Part shown: positions 28,736 through 32,000 of the stretch, piece after piece
Layout: each line of letters starts with the position of its first letter
Numbering within the stretch: position 1 is the first letter of the stretch
Source of the DNA: Pasteurella multocida
GTDB lineage: Bacteria > Pseudomonadota > Gammaproteobacteria > Enterobacterales > Pasteurellaceae
Assembly: GCF_900187275.1 (NCBI RefSeq)
Contig: NZ_LT906458.1
Coordinates: forward strand, 1,380,001-1,412,000
DNA: 32,000 bases
Direction of reading: 5' to 3'
Position numbers and translations under genes: made by a program
The notes under the pieces: generated by a model
The model's database searches: none
Told to the model about the DNA's origin: nothing
What the model saw: only the letters and a program-made list of their open reading frames with translations

Positions 28736-31111
28736 TTAGAACGTCCCACCAATGCTGAATTGGAATTGCTCAATTTCATCGCCTTGGTATTTTTTAAGAG
28801 GTTTCGCATAAGAGAACACTAACGGTCCAATTGGCGATTGCCATTGAAGCGCCACCCCAGCTGAAGCACGAACGCGACTTGGGTCACTGTAATCTGGCAC
28901 ATTCAATTTTGCAAATTTTGCTTTATCCTCTGCTTTCCAACGCGTATTCCACACACTTGCGGCATCCACAAACAAAGAAGTTCTTACTGAGTTTTGGTTT
29001 TTGTCTGCGACAAATGGTGTTGGGACAATGAGTTCGGTACTGGCGGTGACCATTGCATTCCCCCCAATCACATCGCTACTGACTAAACAATAGCTGTCAG
29101 GACATTGACGTGTACGATAAATTGCATTTGGTCCAATCGCACCATAGGCAAAGCCACGTAAACTCCCGATACCGCCTGCGCTATAATATTGATAGAACGG
29201 CAAACGCTTACCACCAAATCCATCAGCAAAAGAGGCACTAATACGGCTTGAAAGTACCCAACCATGTTCACGATCTAACGGATAGAACCCTTGTGCTTCT
29301 GCATTGAGTTTATAATATTTATTGTCTGAGCCCGGAATGGTCACTCGTCCACCAATATTGGCACGTACCCCTTTGGTTGGGAAATAGCCACGGTTAAGAC
29401 TGTTATAATTCCAACCAAAAGACAAATCAAAATCGTGCGATTTAAAGGTCCAAGAATCATTATATTTCATTGATTGACGATATAAATCACGATTATATTC
29501 CGGTGCGATATTCTTCAGTTTATTATACGTATAGCCCACACCAAGATAATATGAGTTATTCTCATTCACCGGAAAGCCTAGTGTCAAATTACCACCATAG
29601 CTAGTCCGTCCATAGGCCGCAGAGGTATTACTTTTGGAACTATCATATTCTTCAAAGAAAACATTGCCACCGAGGCTCACACCATCTTTGGTAAAGTACG
29701 GCTCATTATAACCAAGATTGATTGTAGTACCGTAGTCATTACGCGTCCCACCTAAACTAATAGAAGATCCCATTCCTAAGAAGTTATCCTGTTTAATACT
29801 GGCTTGGTAGCTCAACCCACTTTCTGTACCATAACCAATACCAAAGTTAATGCTACCCGTATTACGCTCTTTGACTTTATAAATCACATCGACTTGATCA
29901 GAACCCGGGATAGCTTCTGTTTTGGTTTCTACACTCTCAAAGAACCCCGTACGATCTAAACGTAATTTACCTAACTCAACCAACTCCGAGGATAGCCAAG
30001 CGCCTTCTTGTTGACGCATTTCCTGACGTAAGGTGCTATCTGCACTACTTGTATTGCCTTCAAAACGAATTTGGCGAACCGTATAACTTTTGCCTGCTTC
30101 AACAATAAAATCTAACGAAATCGTTTTATCTTGTTCGTCAAATGTCGGGTGAACATTGACTTGCGCAGTCGCATAACCTCTTTCACCTAACTTCGATTTG
30201 ATGCGTTGTTCAACTTCCAATACGTTTGCGCGACGGAAAAGACCATTTAGTTGAATCGTATCTAAAATCGGGGCAAGTTCTGCTGACATGCCACCCACAT
30301 CCCCTAGAATACGCGCGCTTTTCACTGTATATAAGTCACCTTCTTTCACTTTAATAATGACACGCGCTTCTTTTTTATCATCACTTAATTTGATATCAGT
30401 ATCTAAAATTTGGAATTGCGCGTAACCACGATCTAAATAATAGCTACGTAAGGTTTCTAAATCTTTATTGAATTGGGTTTGATCAAATTTGTTACCAAAC
30501 AATTTCCACCATGCATCTGTTTGAAGTTCCATTTGATCTTCTAATTTACTGCTGCTAAACGCTTGATTACCTTCAAAAATAATTTCTTTAAATAGCGCAA
30601 CATCATCTTCATTAATTTGAATTTTAATTTCCGCGCTATTATTTGGTAGTGTATTCACGATAGCCTCTACCTTCGCGTTATAGCGACCGACACTATTGTA
30701 GTGTTCGACAATCCCTTTCCGGAATTCTTCTAATTTAGCACGGTTTAATACATCACCGACTTTAAAGCCATTCGCATCTAAGTTTTGTTTAATTGCTTCA
30801 TCAGGAATCGATTTATTACCGTCAATCACGACGTTTGAAATAACAGGTTTAGGCATGACTGTCACAACTAAAGTATTCCCTTCGCGACTTGCTTTCACAT
30901 CATCATATTGCCCACTCAGGAATAATTTTCGTACCACATTAGCAATATCGTTATCTGTTGCTCGCTGCCCAACACGAACAGGAAGTGTAGCTAATACACT
31001 TCCTTCTGTACCTGCTTGAACACCGTCAACACGAATGTCTTTCACTACAAACGGCGCAGCAAATGCAGTGGTTGAACCAAATAATAAGCTCGCAATTAAA
31101 AGTTTTTTCAT
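28736..31111 (-). CDS. bamA: Outer membrane protein assembly factor BamA (D15/Oma87 protective surface antigen)
   Basis: 791 aa with a signal peptide (TTAFA/AP), five POTRA-length repeats and a C-terminal beta-barrel ending in the aromatic terminus ...FSIGGTF. Confidence 0.96.
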   Translation of the reverse strand: MKKLLIASLLFGSTTAFAAPFVVKDIRVDGVQAGTEGSVLATLPVRVGQRATDNDIANVVRKLFLSGQYDDVKASREGNTLVVTVMPKPVISNVVIDGNKSIPDEAIKQNLDANGFKVGDVLNRAKLEEFRKGIVEHYNSVGRYNAKVEAIVNTLPNNSAEIKIQINEDDVALFKEIIFEGNQAFSSSKLEDQMELQTDAWWKLFGNKFDQTQFNKDLETLRSYYLDRGYAQFQILDTDIKLSDDKKEARVIIKVKEGDLYTVKSARILGDVGGMSAELAPILDTIQLNGLFRRANVLEVEQRIKSKLGERGYATAQVNVHPTFDEQDKTISLDFIVEAGKSYTVRQIRFEGNTSSADSTLRQEMRQQEGAWLSSELVELGKLRLDRTGFFESVETKTEAIPGSDQVDVIYKVKERNTGSINFGIGYGTESGLSYQASIKQDNFLGMGSSISLGGTRNDYGTTINLGYNEPYFTKDGVSLGGNVFFEEYDSSKSNTSAAYGRTSYGGNLTLGFPVNENNSYYLGVGYTYNKLKNIAPEYNRDLYRQSMKYNDSWTFKSHDFDLSFGWNYNSLNRGYFPTKGVRANIGGRVTIPGSDNKYYKLNAEAQGFYPLDREHGWVLSSRISASFADGFGGKRLPFYQYYSAGGIGSLRGFAYGAIGPNAIYRTRQCPDSYCLVSSDVIGGNAMVTASTELIVPTPFVADKNQNSVRTSLFVDAASVWNTRWKAEDKAKFAKLNVPDYSDPSRVRASAGVALQWQSPIGPLVFSYAKPLKKYQGDEIEQFQFSIGGTF

Positions 31112-31140
31112 CGTGAATGTTATCCTGTGAGTAAAATTAA

Positions 31141-32000
31141 TTATAAACGTAAGAAATCATTAAAGAGTGCAAATCCCATTAAAGCCATTAATATCGCTGC
31201 ACCAATTCGATAACTCAAATTTTGAATACGTTCTGAGAGTGGTTTACCTCGGACCGCCTCAGCCGCTAAAAAGACTAAATGACCACCATCAAGAACAGGT
31301 AATGGAAATAAGTTCATTATGCCTAAATTCACACTGATCAATGCCATAAAACCGAGGTAATAAATCAACCCAATTTCAGAAGAGATGCCCGCACCTTTCG
31401 CAATAGAAATCGGACCACCTAAATTCTTCAAAGCCAGATCACCGGTAAAGAGCTTGCCAATCACTTTTACCGTTAACCATGAAAGCTGTATCGTCTTCTC
31501 AACCCCTTTCTGTAAGGCCTCAAGAATACCATATTTTAATTCGGTTCGATATACATCAGAGATCGGGGCAGCCGTCGGCGCAATCCCCACATACCAGCGT
31601 CCTTTTTTGTTTAATTCTGGTGTCAGAACAACAAAGGAAAACTGACCATCACGTTCAACTTTAACATTAAACGGTTTTCCTTCTTGTACAAACTGTACAA
31701 ATTGTTGCCAACTAATTAACTGCTCTCCCGCATAAATGCGATCACCGGCTTTTAAGCCTGCTTTGTCGGCAGGTGAGTTGACCTCGACCTTAGACAAAAT
31801 CATGTCCACTTTAGTTCTCACAGGTTGCAGACCAAGTGAGCTCATGGCACTTTCTTTTTCAGGATCAAAACGCCAGTCTTTCGTATTGAGTACTTTATGT
31901 TGCTCAATAGACGAGCCAAAAGGCGATAACGTTAGGTGAATTTCATCATTTCCCATCTTAGTTGCCAACAACATATTAATGGTTTCCCAATCGCTCACTT
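31141..32000 (-). CDS. rseP: RIP zinc metalloprotease RseP (YaeL), C-terminal part; the gene continues beyond the right edge
   Basis: PDZ-domain region and the C-terminal membrane motif [13 protein letters not shown]. The reading frame is open to the window edge, and the M in the ORF track is internal. Confidence 0.9.
   Translation of the reverse strand, partial: VSDWETINMLLATKMGNDEIHLTLSPFGSSIEQHKVLNTKDWRFDPEKESAMSSLGLQPVRTKVDMILSKVEVNSPADKAGLKAGDRIYAGEQLISWQQFVQFVQEGKPFNVKVERDGQFSFVVLTPELNKKGRWYVGIAPTAAPISDVYRTELKYGILEALQKGVEKTIQLSWLTVKVIGKLFTGDLALKNLGGPISIAKGAGISSEIGLIYYLGFMALISVNLGIMNLFPLPVLDGGHLVFLAAEAVRGKPLSERIQNLSYRIGAAILMALMGFALFNDFLRL

Overview
This window looks like a core-chromosome segment of a Pasteurellaceae genome. 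I hand-counted 18 perfect copies of the Hin-type DNA uptake signal 9-mer AAGTGCGGT/ACCGCACTT, against about 0.25 expected by chance. The BamA N-terminus resembles what I recall of Pasteurella multocida Oma87, which I cannot verify here.

Coding density is very high, and almost every gene is recognisable housekeeping:
- 1-5149 (-): treC' (partial), a yjbR-like gene, treB, treR, bcr, rsuA.
- 5351-10580 (+): maeB, sodA, cpdB.
- 10692-17249 (-): an ICMT-family methyltransferase, yfgM, hisS, ispG, rodZ, pilW, rlmN.
- 17430-23768 (-): an AI-2E permease, glnB, mogA, and a four-gene block. The block holds a YnbB-like CdsA paralogue, a frameshifted PlsC-type acyltransferase, a YnbA-like CDP-alcohol phosphatidyltransferase and an SLC13/TrkA-C permease.
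- 23799-32000 (-): the envelope cluster rnhB, lpxB, lpxA, fabZ, lpxD, skp, bamA, rseP' (partial).

I saw no rRNA, tRNA, CRISPR array, transposase, integrase, phage gene, toxin-antitoxin pair or defence system.

The least-explained content is:
- the transporter-linked accessory phospholipid/glycolipid cluster, including its 1-nt frameshift;
- the P-II gene abutting an AI-2E permease that carries an unusual Ala/Glu-rich tail;
- a YjbR-family gene inside the trehalose operon.

I found nothing I can defend as a clearly novel multi-gene system, and the interest scores reflect that.
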